This document shows, one piece after another, positions 52,056 through 64,000 of a DNA stretch of 64,000 nucleotides. The notes beneath the pieces were generated by a model. It did no database searches. It saw only the letters and a list, made by a program, of their open reading frames with translations, and was not told the origin of the DNA. The translations under genes were made by a program, and so were the position numbers. How positions within the stretch are numbered: the stretch's first letter is position 1; each line of letters opens with the position of its first letter. The DNA is from Selaginella moellendorffii (taxonomy: Eukaryota; Plantae; Lycopodiophyta). The stretch is from assembly GCF_000143415.4 (NCBI RefSeq), contig NW_003314303.1, positions 1,332,676-1,396,675 of the forward strand. Reading direction: 5' to 3'.

Positions 52056-53860
52056 ATAGCGGTGTCAAACCTGGATGGACGCGCTTGAACTTCGCATACT
52101 TCCTCTCCAAGAAAGAGTTCAATTTCTTGCTGTGCAACATAGAATAGAATTCGTGGCGGACTATGGCCAGCGCTTTCTCCCCCTCTATGAATTCGACCGG
52201 ACACGGGAATGGGCCAAAATCCCACTTCTCCAGGAGTACAAGGAATACCTGGGCACCGCCATGGCGATTGCAAAGCAGCTCAGGCCAGGAGGGGCTCTAT
52301 ATTCGTTTCGCAACCACCGTCTCTTCTCAATCCCACTCTACTGAAAGATCCTTGGGTGAGTTTTACAAGACCACCACCGGGATGATCTGGAAATGGCTCT
52401 ACCTTTTGGTAGCTTCAATTTTAAAAAATGAAGGACCGAATTTTATAATAAAAAGCATATTACCAAAAAGTTGCGCCAGAAGCTTACTAAGTCCGCTGTG
52501 AACAGTCCCAAAGCTCTCCAGTATATGCCCCTCATAGTCAACAACATGAAAGCGTGCCTTGAGAGGTGGTCCGCTCAGGATACGATCGTTCTTCTTACCA
52601 AGATGAGAAGGGTAAACGATGTTTACTTCCTAGTTGACACGTTTTCTTCGATATGACAGTTCACGTTTCTAACTATCGACCACATTTTACATGCCAGCCC
52701 CGATGTGAATGATACTTTCCTCCTTGTACTACATTCTCAACCAAGGCATTCGTGCTCTCCACATCAACTTCCCCGGCACTGCCTACAACAAAGCCTTGAA
52801 GGTAAAAAGCCATAAGCGTTGTCCTACACAGCTTTGTGATGTTTTCCCATTCTCAGGCGCGGCGAAAGCTCATCAAGCTTATCCAGGGACATGATCAACC
52901 AGCGAAGAGCTTCGGGGACGCTGCAAGGAACAAACATTCTTTCATTGCTCATGGATCAGCTGGATGACAGGGGAGAGACGCTCAAATCATCGACGTATCC
53001 GCAACCGAATCAGTCAATGAAGTGCTACCAGTTGGGCCAGATTTAACAATGGGGGGATTTGCTGTCATGCAAAGGAAGATTACTTGGAAAGCTTGAAAGT
53101 TTCAAGAGAGCAACTACTTGGGGGTAAGCCTTTGTCAAATGACACCTGCCCTTGCTCTTATAGAATACGCACCACTTGAAATGTACGAGGAAGAGAATTT
53201 TGCCAAACGCTTTGCCTGAACACGTAGCTCCATCTCTGCATCCTGCAAATAGCAGGCAGTCCTCACGTCCACAACCACGCTCTCTGATAGACTCAAAACT
53301 TCCGTAGCCAATATCGTGTACAGCCGCCACTCCCGACGGCAAGCCATCCGAGCACGTAGTGGATTCCAGGGTGTATGTTAGGATTTTTGCTTGCTGGAGC
53401 TAGCTGGCTCCCTCAGATAGGCGCTGGAGATCATGGAAGATGGGTCGACGGGCCTCTTTGGGCCTTCCGGCAGAGATCCAGACAGTTCTCGAGCGGCTGA
53501 CCGGAGAGGAGATTGAAAAAACAACGTTCTGGTGCTTACTGTCTGATATGCACAACAAAATAACAAAGGGACAATAAGAAGTTGCCCTCATCTTGCAAAA
53601 TTTATGTGGAAGAACTCATTCCAGACCGGGCTCTTTGGAATCATGAATCTGAGTTCTCTGCCTTCTGGGACTAAAAAAAGTACAAGGCAAGACAAGTGGA
53701 ACTCTCAAGCACATAAAGCCTAATGTTATTTATAGTTCATCTAGTTTCCATCCAATTATAAAAGTTTATATTTATTCACACTTTTTTTCTCATAAATAAT
53801 CTAAAATTCCATGTGCATCTATCAAATATTAAAGACAAAATATATTCTATTGTAACAACT
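52054..53860 (+). pseudogene. Mosaic block: PLP exon-6 fragment, UGT fragment, CYP88 fragment (52480-52998) and an unidentified gene remnant; inverted duplicate of ~34570-37250
   Basis: IEFVADYGQRFLPLYEF, LTKSAVNSPKALQY and YYILNQGIRALHINFPGTAYNKALK. 53040-53650 is the reverse complement of 34860-35460. Confidence 0.8.
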
Positions 53861-54455
53861 CTTAAAACAAAAGCTCAAAACCCTTCGAAGATCCCTCCCT
53901 TTTGCATGACAGGTATGTGGATGGGATCCTAAAGCACACAAAAGCAATTGTTAGAGTTTCACAATTAAGAGTGCTTTATTGCATGCTTGACCAAATACTA
54001 CAATAGCAAGCATGGTGGCCATTTCCTCCCAATCACGGGCCTTTGTAACTTCCAAGCGGAAAAATAGCCTGCCAAAGTCTAGATATGCAAGGTCAAGTCC
54101 TAGAAGAGGTCTCATGTTTCTTGACGAGACTTTGTAAACAGTTGAATGAAGTTGCACCACTCTCAACAGCCAAAGTCCTAGAGCTAGCACAATCTGCAAT
54201 AAATGGCCATCGAGGAGAGGCAAAAACTTCTTTGCCTCTCACCTTCATTGCCAAACATAGTAGGCAACCTTTCTTTTCAAACTATCACAGGGGTTAGTTT
54301 GTGAAAAAAAAATTTCACCTTTAAATGCTCTAACATATCCAAAATGACCCGTAGTTAGATTAATTGATTAAAACATATCCTAATACTTCATTTAAAGAAA
54401 TTATTAGCATAACCCGATTTACCACAAACCCTAAAATACTATAACCCAAAATGCA

Positions 54456-56108
54456 TCAATTCAAACAAAAGTTTGAGCGGGAAAAAGAAGACCTCCTGGG
54501 GCATGGGATTGCGTGGAGAGGGACGAGCTTTGGCATGGCGAGCCCAAATTTCTCCCTCATATCGATCTCTCCCATTTTCTCCCAATCGAATCCTTGCAGC
54601 AGCCTCGCCAGCACGCACTGCACCATCCGGAGTCCCATCCCCATCCCTGGGCAGATCCTCCGCCCGGATCCAAACCGGATGAGCTCGAAATTCTGGCCCC
54701 TCACATCCACGCCCTTCTTCGCGCCCTCATCGAATCGCTCCGGCCAGAAATCCAGCGCCCTCTCCCACGAATTGGCATCCCTGGAGATCACGTAGACATT
54801 GACGAGCAGCCGAGCGCCCTGTGCGATCCGGTAACCGGCGCTCGACACACAGGGCATGGTGGATTCGTAGAGGATCACTGGCGATGGCGGATGCAATCGC
54901 AGCGTCTCCTTGACGATGGCGTGCAGGAAATTCAGCCCCGGGAGATCGCTCTCCTCCACAACCCTGTCGCGCCCCACCACGGCGTCGATCTCGCGCTGCG
55001 CCCGGCGCATGGCGGCGGGGTGCCGGAGGAGCTCCGCCATTGCCCACTCGCAGGTGACCCACGCGGTGTCGCTCCCGGCCCCGATCACATCCTGCGTGCC
55101 ACGAAGGGAGCGAGGAATGAGCGTGGCAAAGAGCTAAGAACCCTAAAATCCCCGAGAATTAGGGTTCTTGAGAAATACCTGGATGACGGCTTTAATGGTA
55201 TCGTCGGTCAGCGCGTTCTTCTCCTGCGATGCGAGGAGAACGTCCAGGAGATCATCCACCCCGCCGGCGCCGGCGCCGCCACGCCCTTGATACTGCCGCT
55301 TCCTGTCGATCAGCGACTGAAAGAACGCATCCTGGAGCGCGTGGAGCTTCCGGGCGCGACGGCCATAGCCCTGGAGATCCATCCACCGCAAAGAGGGCAA
55401 GTAATCGCCCACATTGAGCGCGCCGATCATCTCCACCGCGTGCTCGATCGTCTCCTTGGCGCGCCGCTCGAACCGCGAGAGCTGCTTCTTCTTCCCGCCG
55501 AATTCCTGGCTAGTGGCCATGCGCAGGCTGCTGTAGAGCGTGATGTCGGACAGAACCGCGCGGAGGTCCACGACGCTGGACGCTCTCGCCGCCTCCTCCA
55601 CCGTCGCAAGCGCCGAGGAGATCTCCTCCTTGCGCACGCGCTCGAAGGAATCCACTCTCTTGCCACTGAAGAGCTCGAGGCTACAAACCTTGCGGAGATG
55701 GCGCCAGTGATCGCCGTAAGGCGCCCACATGATATCCGCGAAGTTGTACGTGAGCTCGCGCGCCACTGCGTACCTGGGCCGCGATGCAAACACGAGATCG
55801 TGAGTGTGGAGGAATTCCCTCGCCGCCTCGGCACTCGAGGCCACGAAAGTTGGAACGCAGCCCAGGCGCAAGAACATGAGAGGGCCGTGGCGCTTGGTGT
55901 GGAGGGCGCCCCAGGAGCTGGTGCAGGTTTCCAATCACCGGCAGTGGACGCGGGCCGAGCGGCGTGTGATCTTGCTGGTGGCGATCATCACGGAAGAAGA
56001 GCTTTCCCAGAGTTTTCTTCCAGATCGCGACGAGGAGACTCCAGAGATGGATCGCCATTCGCGGCTTTCACCAAAACCTCCACAGCCTCAGTGGTAGCCA
56101 CAGCCATG
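54456..56108 (-). pseudogene. Clan-71 cytochrome P450, two exons, nearly complete but frameshifted near the N-terminus
   Basis: PLPVIGNLHQL, HGPLMFLRLG, APYGDHWRHLRK, AGSDT, ETLRLHPP, WPERF and FGSGRRICPG; intron 55178-55092. The frame changes at ~55890. Two out-of-frame ATGs at 56058 and 56108; TATAAAT at 56194-56188. Confidence 0.82.
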
Positions 56109-57107
56109 GCGCAAAATCTAGGAGGATGCTGAGCTACGTGCGAAGAAAATGCCTGTGTGGATAGATGGGAAGAGCTGCGGCCGAGAGATTTATAGCAGCG
56201 GCAACCACTTCTCCTCCTTCCCAGATACCCTAGACGATCAAAAGTAGCTCCTTCCTTGAACCCTAGGATCAGTAACTTTGACAAGTAAAGCCATCCTTTG
56301 TATAATGCAGACCTTTTTCATTATAAGGTTTTTTATAATGACAGATTAAAATACATTAATTTATGATGGCAGTTTTTGGGGTTGGCCACAACAAAACATT
56401 ATAAAAACATTTATATGTATAGCAAATAATTTGTGATAGTAGTTTTAGGGGGAGGTATGCCTCCTAGGCAAAAATTGTTGCAAAATATATATAAAAAAGG
56501 ACAAGTGTTTTTAAATTTTTGTAATATACATTTGTGAAATAATATTTTATACACAACTTTTATTTTATGCATGGGCATGCATTGGTGCATGATATGTATG
56601 CATGCAAAATCAACTTTAGATGTATGCAATTTTTTGTGTTGCATAAATTTCAACTCCACGTCAATAAAGTTTAGACTTTGGGTTTAATGTTTTTCAATGC
56701 ATAAGCTAAATTTTGAGTGTTTTATAAATGTTATAGGCTAAATTTGCCATTGCTGTATATTTAAAACACTCTCTCTGGTGAGTGTAAAGGAAAACACTTT
56801 GTGAATCAGTGGTTTTGCAACAAATGAAATTTTGGTATGAGTCCTAAATATAGAATAAAGAATCTTGCTTCCTTGTTTGGAGTGGATTGGTATACCTTGC
56901 ATTAATATCTCAAGATAACAGATTGGGGAGGGGTGTATCCCCTCAAGAGTGTTATTGTAGTTAAAACATTTTTGAAAGTCCCCCACTTCAAGAACTTGAC
57001 AAGGTGGGGGATTATATATGTTAATAGCAAACTAAGGGATGTAGTATATAGAGTGAGCCAAGAAATGATAAGAGCTACATTAAGTTATGTTTGTCTGCAG
57101 ATTATAT

Positions 57108-57300
57108 TGTAAACTCCTAAGTTTGAACTTCCCAAGAGGTCATCCAATCTAGTACTATTCAAACCCAAGGACATTTAACCCCAAGTATTTTAAAACCCTT
57201 AATCAAATAGTAAAAAGGATGCACTTTTATTCATGAGCCCTTTCTCTTTATATTTGAACCCTATAAGTCATCTTTTAAATTGTTCTTTTTAGTTGCTTAT
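57108..57300 (-). mobile_element. Older solo Cassandra-type LTR
   Basis: Diverged reverse complement of the LTR at 57301-57480. Confidence 0.75.
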
Positions 57301-58038
57301 TGTAAGTAACCAAAGAGAACAACTTGAGAGATATCCATGGGGTTCAAATATAGAGGGAAAGGGCCCATGAATAAGAGTGCACCCCCTTTTCCGATCGGTT
57401 AAGGATATTTAGGGTTAAGCGTCCTTGGGTTTGAATAGTACTGGGTGACTTTCTGGGAAGACTAAATTCAGGACCTTACATTAGGTCTTAGGTCCGACTC
57501 TGTTAGTTGCCTAAGGGAATCACACCACATGTTGATTGACATCTGGCTAGTCCCGAGGGGTAGGGTGTCAAGAGAGCGAGGCTCGAGAGAGAGATGCGGC
57601 TCTCAGCTTCTGTTCACGAGGGCGTGAACTTGCAAAGAAGTATGGTGGATTGTAAGCAACCAAAGAGAACGACTTGAGAAATGATCCATGGGGTTCAACA
57701 TGTTGATTGACATCTGGCAGGTTCAGTTTGCTCCCGCTGGGCTCAACCCGAGGGGTAGGGTGTCAAGAGAGTGAGGCTCTCAGGAGAGATGCGGCTCTTA
57801 GCTTTCGTTTACAAGGGCGTGAACTTACAAGGAAGCATGGTGGATTATAAGCAATTAAAAAGAACGACTTGAGAGATGATCTATGGGGTTTAAATATAGA
57901 GGGAAGGGGCCCATGAATAAGAGTGCACCCCTTTTCCGATCGGTTAAAGGTCTTGGGATATTTGGGGTTAAGCGTCCTTGGGTTTGAATAGTACTGGGTT
58001 GGGTGACCTCCTAGGAAGTTTAAATTTAGGAGCTTACA
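57301..58038 (+). mobile_element. Tandem Cassandra-type TRIM (LTR-int-partial LTR-int-LTR)
   Basis: TGTAAG...CTTACA ends; TSD CTTAT at 57296-57300 and 58039-58043; 5S-like cores at ~57413-57462 and ~57967-58020. Confidence 0.88.
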
Positions 58039-59769
58039 CTTATTTATATTAGAAGTATGTTTGTGTTAAGGAATACTATTGTAGGGTAGTTTTACAATTT
58101 AATAAGCCCAAATGCGTGTAGGGCAATTAGGCAGGGAGTTCAATGGAATAAAGATGGATATGATGAATGTGTAGGAAGGCTATAATATAGTATTTTTGAA
58201 TGGTTCCTCAATTCACAATTAAGTGAAAACTATGTCTTTTTATATGATATCCATGCTACTCTCACAAGGAAGCATGGATATCACTTTACACATATCTTAA
58301 CAAGATTATTTTAACCAAAAGATCAAAGGGTAAGGTGGTGACAAAGTTTTATTTTACAACTTCTAACATGTGTTTAATGTAGTATAATTCCACCTTTGAC
58401 AAACGATAATATATTTATAGTAGAGGTGGCTTAGTATTTCAAAATGATGATTCTGACTATAGAGCATCATCACCTGATTAACATGAGGGATGATTGGTAT
58501 GCTCATAGCTTGCTTGAGGTCCTTTATGCCAAATTTACACAACAGCTTCACAAACATATAAACACCTGAAATTTGTACATAGTACGCACTCTCAAAAATG
58601 AGGTATGGATATTGCCTTATATATGTTCTAGTAAGATTATTTCAACCAAAAGACCAGATGACAAGGTGGTGACAAGATTTTATTTTACAACTTCTAATAT
58701 ATGTTTAATGTAGTAAAGTTGCACCTCTAGCCTCAAAAGACATTGTCGCACTAAACAATAACAAAGTGTACCAAAATCTAGTTCTAGTCTCTATTATTAA
58801 TGCACTTGATGGTTTTCTTTTTCCAAGAGTTAATAAGCCTCCACAATCACATATATGAAAGAAATGTGAAAAGCCTTGAGTTCAACCACAAAGTCATGCT
58901 ACACCTTTCACTCACACTAAACGTTAAATGTGCATCCCATAACACCCTTTCCATGCATCTGTATTTAAAGCATACTATCATATTCCCGGGATTACTTGTA
59001 TAATAAAGAGAAGCATGTAAGATGTTGCTTGAGGCATTAGATATGCCATAATATATTATATAAAAAATATAATATTAGCTTTTTGTATGTCATTATGTTT
59101 ATCAAAATTGCTGTCACATAAATTTTACAACTTATAAAATGTTTTTGCAAAAATCCCCAAAAGTGTTTTCACCTAGACTCTACTAGAAAAATATTCACTC
59201 TATTCAATACTATGTTTTCCCCAAACCACTCTAACACTCATTGTATAAACCATTCAACACTCACCGAAGAAGGGTAATTATTTTATTACATATCTTAATT
59301 TATGCGTAAACTGCTCTATATTACAATAGTGGTCCTTAACTTCTAAACTTGAGGAGCAAGTTGCCACATTGGAAAGGTGTGGCTCCACATCTATTGGTTG
59401 CAATGATTGGCCATACTCATAATGAAAGATTTGGATAGTAACTTGCTACCTAATACCAAAGAATTCCATCTTTGTTACAAAGTGATAAAGCATATGCAAC
59501 TTCATGGTTGTTATTAACATCACTACAGCCTCAAAGAATGCCCTCACTTCCATAGGGACCTCTCAGATGCAATCACACAACCACTTCTAATTGGTAAAAT
59601 GTTTGTCTCTACCATCGAATGTCTCCAATAAATTTTTTAGAAATATATTTGACAAGTTTAATTAACATCCTATAGAGTTGAGAGAGATATATTAGTCATT
59701 ATCTTCTCAAAGTCAGTACTTATGTGTTTTATAATGGATGTTACTCAATATTGAAAGCTTGTTTGTAGA

Positions 59770-59925
59770 GTGTTAGTCACCTAAAAAAAATGACTTGAGA
59801 AACAATTCATAAAGGTTCAAATATAAAGGGAAAATGCCTATAAATATTTTTTCAATTAGTTAAGGGTTTTGGGATATTTAAATAGTATTGGGTTGGGTAA
59901 CCTAATGAGAATTTAAAAACTTACA
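59770..59925 (+). mobile_element. Highly degenerate Cassandra-type LTR remnant
   Basis: ggttcaaatataaaggg...tagtattgggttgggtaacc...cttaca. Confidence 0.5.
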
Positions 59926-60300
59926 TCACCATTCATGTCTCAACAAAGAAAATGGGATGCATGATGATGATGGCATAAGAGTCTCTTGATATATAATATT
60001 AACCTCCACCACTCCCAAAATTTTTATGTATTTTTATAGATCTTTATTTACAGTCTCCTAATATGTAATATCAACTTTTACCGCCTCTAGAATCTTTATG
60101 TATTTTTGTAGAACCTTGTTTTACCTTGTGCCATTGAGCAAAATTCATTGACCATCTATATCACCTTTTGCCACACTCTATATGGTGTTGAGTGGCTCCT
60201 ATATGTGTGGCATATAGAAGCAAAAATCTTTCTCGAACACTATATGCTGATATGAGGCACATATATATACTTATTACAAATCATATAGAGCAAAACAATT

Positions 60301-61230
60301 GAATGAATGCATCTAGATGCCTCAAGTAGGAGTTCTCCATCATCTTTCCATGTTCACTAGAAGATCATTTCTAAATATAACAAGAGATATTGGATACTAT
60401 TGGCTGAGAATCTTTGTATACTTTATGCTTAGCATCATTATTGGCAGTATATATTTTAATGTTGGCACTAAATACAACTCCATTGCGGTAAGAGAACACC
60501 AAAAAAATTCCTAACCATGGTTAAACTCGTTTGGTTTTTTTTTAGGCAAGGATTGGCTGTATGGCTTTTATTGGTAAATTTCTTATATTCATGTACATTG
60601 GAGGTTTTCCATCTTTCATTGAAGAGATTAAGGTATGGGATGGTTCTAGAATTGTCTTGTTTTCATATCCAGTGTTATTTTCTTCAGGTTTTTAATCATG
60701 AGAAACAGAATGGTTACTATGGTCCTATTATGTTTACTCTCACAAACACACTCTCTTCCATTCCTTATCTCCTTCTTATTTCATTAATATCAACAAGTGT
60801 GTTTTATAATATGGTTAAACTCCACCCAAGCTTTGATCACTTCATATTTTTTGTGTTGAACTTATTTGCATCTGTGACTATGGTGGAGAGCTTGATGATG
60901 TGTGTAGCATCAATTGTTCTCAATTTTCTCATGGGAATAATTACAAGATCTGGAATCTTAGTAAAATCTCTTTATATTCCTTAAACCATTTATAATACAA
61001 TTTTTCAATGGTTATTCATGCTTGTTGACAGATTTTTTAAACTTGCTAATGAACTGCCAAAAGGCTTTTGGAAATATCCAATGCATTATATAGCATTTCA
61101 AACATATTTACTTCAGGTAAACAAATATTATTTATTTTCTTGAAATTAAAAAATTATAACAGGGTGATTTTCAAGGGCTTGAGTTTGATAACAATGATAT
61201 TTTTATACCTCTATGAAAATAAATGCTTAA
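60301..61230 (+). pseudogene. ABCG11-like copy 4, 3' (TM) half only
   Basis: Starts at exon 7, with CAG>TAG at ~60314, a lost acceptor at ~61008 and a deleted last exon. Confidence 0.85.
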
Positions 61231-61235
61231 AATTT

Positions 61236-62161
61236 AAAATATGGATTCGTGAGCTTGTCATTCACGTTTCACTTGTCATATTTATAAATAATCTTCTGGC
61301 ATCTGGAAGCATTAGTAATCATAATTTTATAAAACGTTTATGTGTCACCCAAATTGTTCACCTAACTTTTGTGTGGAGCGAGTTCAAATGCAAAATGAGA
61401 ACTGGAACACAATATGCTTTTGTAAGAAATGCATTTGTAAGCACTTTGATTTCTTCGTAATTATCTTTTCAGTTAGCCAAATGCCTTAGTCATGTAATTA
61501 GTGACACCCCATGAATGGGATTCCCACTGCCCCTATCTCCTGTTCAGATCATTAAGAAAATTTTTCCTAAAAAGCTATACAGATGAAAATACCTTAAACG
61601 CTGTCAAAGTCCGAATTGATAAAAAGAATACCATGCTATCTTCCATTATATTTCCAAAATATACAAGTCACTTTGCTTGAGAGATTAAGAAAAGATTATT
61701 AAAATGCTAAAACATTGTCTGGTGAATTTGACATGATAAAAGTGCACCTGGATCTAATCACATATCAAACAGATGCTCTGCACAGAAAATCATCAAATAA
61801 ATCAGACATAATACTTCTCTAAACCACTAAGAGATGACTGCGTTTGGGTGTCCAAAGCAATGCTCACTCTTTGTTTTTTCCCTCCACTGTCTCCAAGCCC
61901 TATCTCACTCTCAACCGTCTCCATCTTTTGGCTGCGTGGTAGGCTGCGTCAAATAAGCAGAGTAAGTGATTGTCTCCAGAACAGTGAGCTTTCCCAGAAA
62001 AACATGCTCTTGATTTACATAAGCATCTGATAGAAAGCTTGAGAAGCACTAAATCAAATGTTTATACACACTGCAGTCCCATGCCTCATGTTTGTCTGGA
62101 GATTCCATTGGATCCTTCTCGCCTCACAATCTACCTGTGATGAACGACAATGCAATAATCT
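61236..62161 (-). pseudogene. Inverted ABCG fragment I6
   Basis: Near-identical to I1/I3. Confidence 0.82.
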
Positions 62162-62299
62162 TAGTCTCAAACACGTGCTCAATCTTCAGAGAGTCTTGCG
62201 AAGTCACTGAAAGACTCGTTGACTTTGGAGATGGGTTGCGTAAAGTATATATATCCCACCACACAAACTTTTGTTTGAAACGAATATACTAGTACATAG

Positions 62300-64000
62300 C
62301 GGAAGGTAACGAGCTCGGGATCAATGCCGGCGGGCGCCGTGCTGCCCTGGCCTGGATCGTGTGCTAGCTGCTTGGAAATCGCCATAGCGATGCCCAGGTA
62401 ATCTTTGTGCTGCTGGAGTAGTGGGAGTTTGGTCCATTCCTTGTGTAATGTGGCCTTGGCAGTGGTGTTGATGCTGTTCTTCTCCTCGTATTTCCAGTTC
62501 CCAGTCTGCCACTCGAATTCGTAGAGGGGGAGAAAGCGCTGGCCATAGTCCGCCACGAACTCTATGGCGCACAGCAAGAAATGGAACTCTTCCTTGGAGA
62601 GGAAGTATGCGAAGTTCAAGCGCGTCCATCCAGGTTTGACACCGCTATATCCCTGTGAGAAAAAAAAAAAGTTCTTTCCTCATTAGAAAAAGTTCCTTGG
62701 CGAAAACTTCTATTGTTTTGCTTCTCAACCTCTTGAATTGCTGCTCGAAATTTCAGGGAGAGCTCATCACTGACTTTGAGAAGCGAGTGGCCGTAAGGAC
62801 CGGCACACGAGCACCCTCCTCTCGACTGGATCCCAAACAAATCGTTGAGGAGCTTGGCTACAAACCGGCCTTGCAGCACGGTTTGCTGGATTTCACCGTT
62901 GGAATCAGTGGTCCGGACGAGGAACGAGACGATTGCTGCTCGTTTCACTTGCGTGTTCCCAAGCACCACTTTCGGTTCTTGGACAACCTTTTCAACGCGG
63001 TGGTGATGAAGTTGTGCTCTCTCGACTCGATGAGACGGTATCCCATTTCTTCTTGGACAGTGAAGACAATCCCGGCTTTTATCCGCTGGAGTATGGAAGG
63101 TGTTCCAGCGTCTTCTCGGCTTTCAATGTCCTCCAGGTAGAGTGTATCCTGGTATGAGTTTGTTTAGTGTTAATTTTCTTTGTTCTTTCGCAGCATCACA
63201 GCATCGTATCCATCAGCTTTTCGCGATCTCATGTTGATCTTCACGTAAGGACCGCTGTTGATCAGATTCGGCAAGTAAGCTTCTTTTCGTCCTTGGTAAA
63301 AGATCTCGTCTTACCAGCTTGCGAAATCAAAACATGCTAATGCTCCATGTTTGTGTAGAAGGCGAGTGATGGTTCTAGTGTCCGCTAAAACTCGCGTGAC
63401 ATTACTGCAAGCAGAGAAGGAACCCAGCTTTGGACGATCTGCGTGCTTGGGATTTTGCAGCTCCTCTTCGAGGTACTTCATGTCAATCAATCCATCCTCG
63501 GGCATTGAAACTTGAATAACCTGTGGTTTAAACAGTTGACAGATTGAAAGAAACGAAAAAGTCCAACCTCGGCAAGACTTTGGCTCCAGGGAAGAATGTT
63601 GGAATGATGTTCGTATGGGCCTATGAACACCAGCCATCTCTTCCTTGTCATCGATCGCTGCCACGGCTGACTCTCTCGTTTGGGGCGGCACAGACAAGCC
63701 CAAAAGTTCGTGGAGCTTTTTCACAGCTGCAGTGGTTCCAGAGCCGCAGAAAAAGAGAGCATCATCCTCGGTTCCTCCCAGGGACTCCTTGACATAACTC
63801 GTGGCCAGTTTCACCATCCGGGTGGTCTTCTCTCTGACGTAGCTGTCCTCGGCATGCGTGTTCCCTGAAACAGAATGCAGCGGGTCCAGATATGCAGAAG
63901 AGAATTCACGGCGTCACTCACTGTAGGACGGCATGACGTGCTTGATGAGGAAGTTTTCTATATAGAACAAGCAGCGGCCAGAGGCAGTGTAATCGGCATA
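62300..64000 (-). pseudogene. PLP cysteine-desulfurase-like copy D, pseudogene (5' end beyond the window)
   Basis: Frameshift at ~63645; deletion at ~63190 removes most of exon 4 including SPHK; 4-bp deletion at ~62970; stop-codon region deleted at ~62300. Confidence 0.88.

Noticed and set aside
54513-56132. 539-aa plus-strand ORF
   Set aside because: Antisense shadow of the GC-rich P450.
58040-60300. AT-rich region with a ~90-bp direct repeat (~58300 / ~58630) as a DNA transposon
   Set aside because: No terminal inverted repeats or transposase motif could be identified by eye.

Overview
Eukaryotic plant DNA. The very short (~47-90 bp) GT-AG introns and the gene and TE families suggest a lycophyte such as Selaginella; this is inferred. 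Two N gaps lie at 33050-33213 and 42733-42832. The window is a tandemly amplified, TE-riddled cluster of four unrelated gene families. (1) A PLP-dependent class-V aminotransferase/SufS-type cysteine-desulfurase-like gene has 3 apparently intact 6-exon copies and 4 broken ones. (2) It is paired head-to-head with an ABCG11-like half-transporter, of which 2 copies are intact and 3 are broken or partial. (3) A family-1 UDP-glycosyltransferase has 1 intact and 1 truncated copy plus fragments. (4) Two P450 types are present: a clan-71 gene that is nearly complete but frameshifted, and CYP88/KAO-like fragments. Every ABCG stop codon is followed immediately by an inverted, degraded copy of ABCG exons 2-7, so the ABCG 3' region is antisense to its own coding sequence. 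Mobile DNA includes Cassandra-type TRIMs with 5S-rRNA-like LTR cores, a full-length chromovirus whose primer site suggests Tf1-like self-priming, and several degenerate Ty3/gypsy elements. The best candidate for a new system is a PLP C-S-lyase-like/UGT/P450/ABCG specialised-metabolism cluster undergoing birth-and-death evolution, with a built-in fold-back regulator of the exporter.
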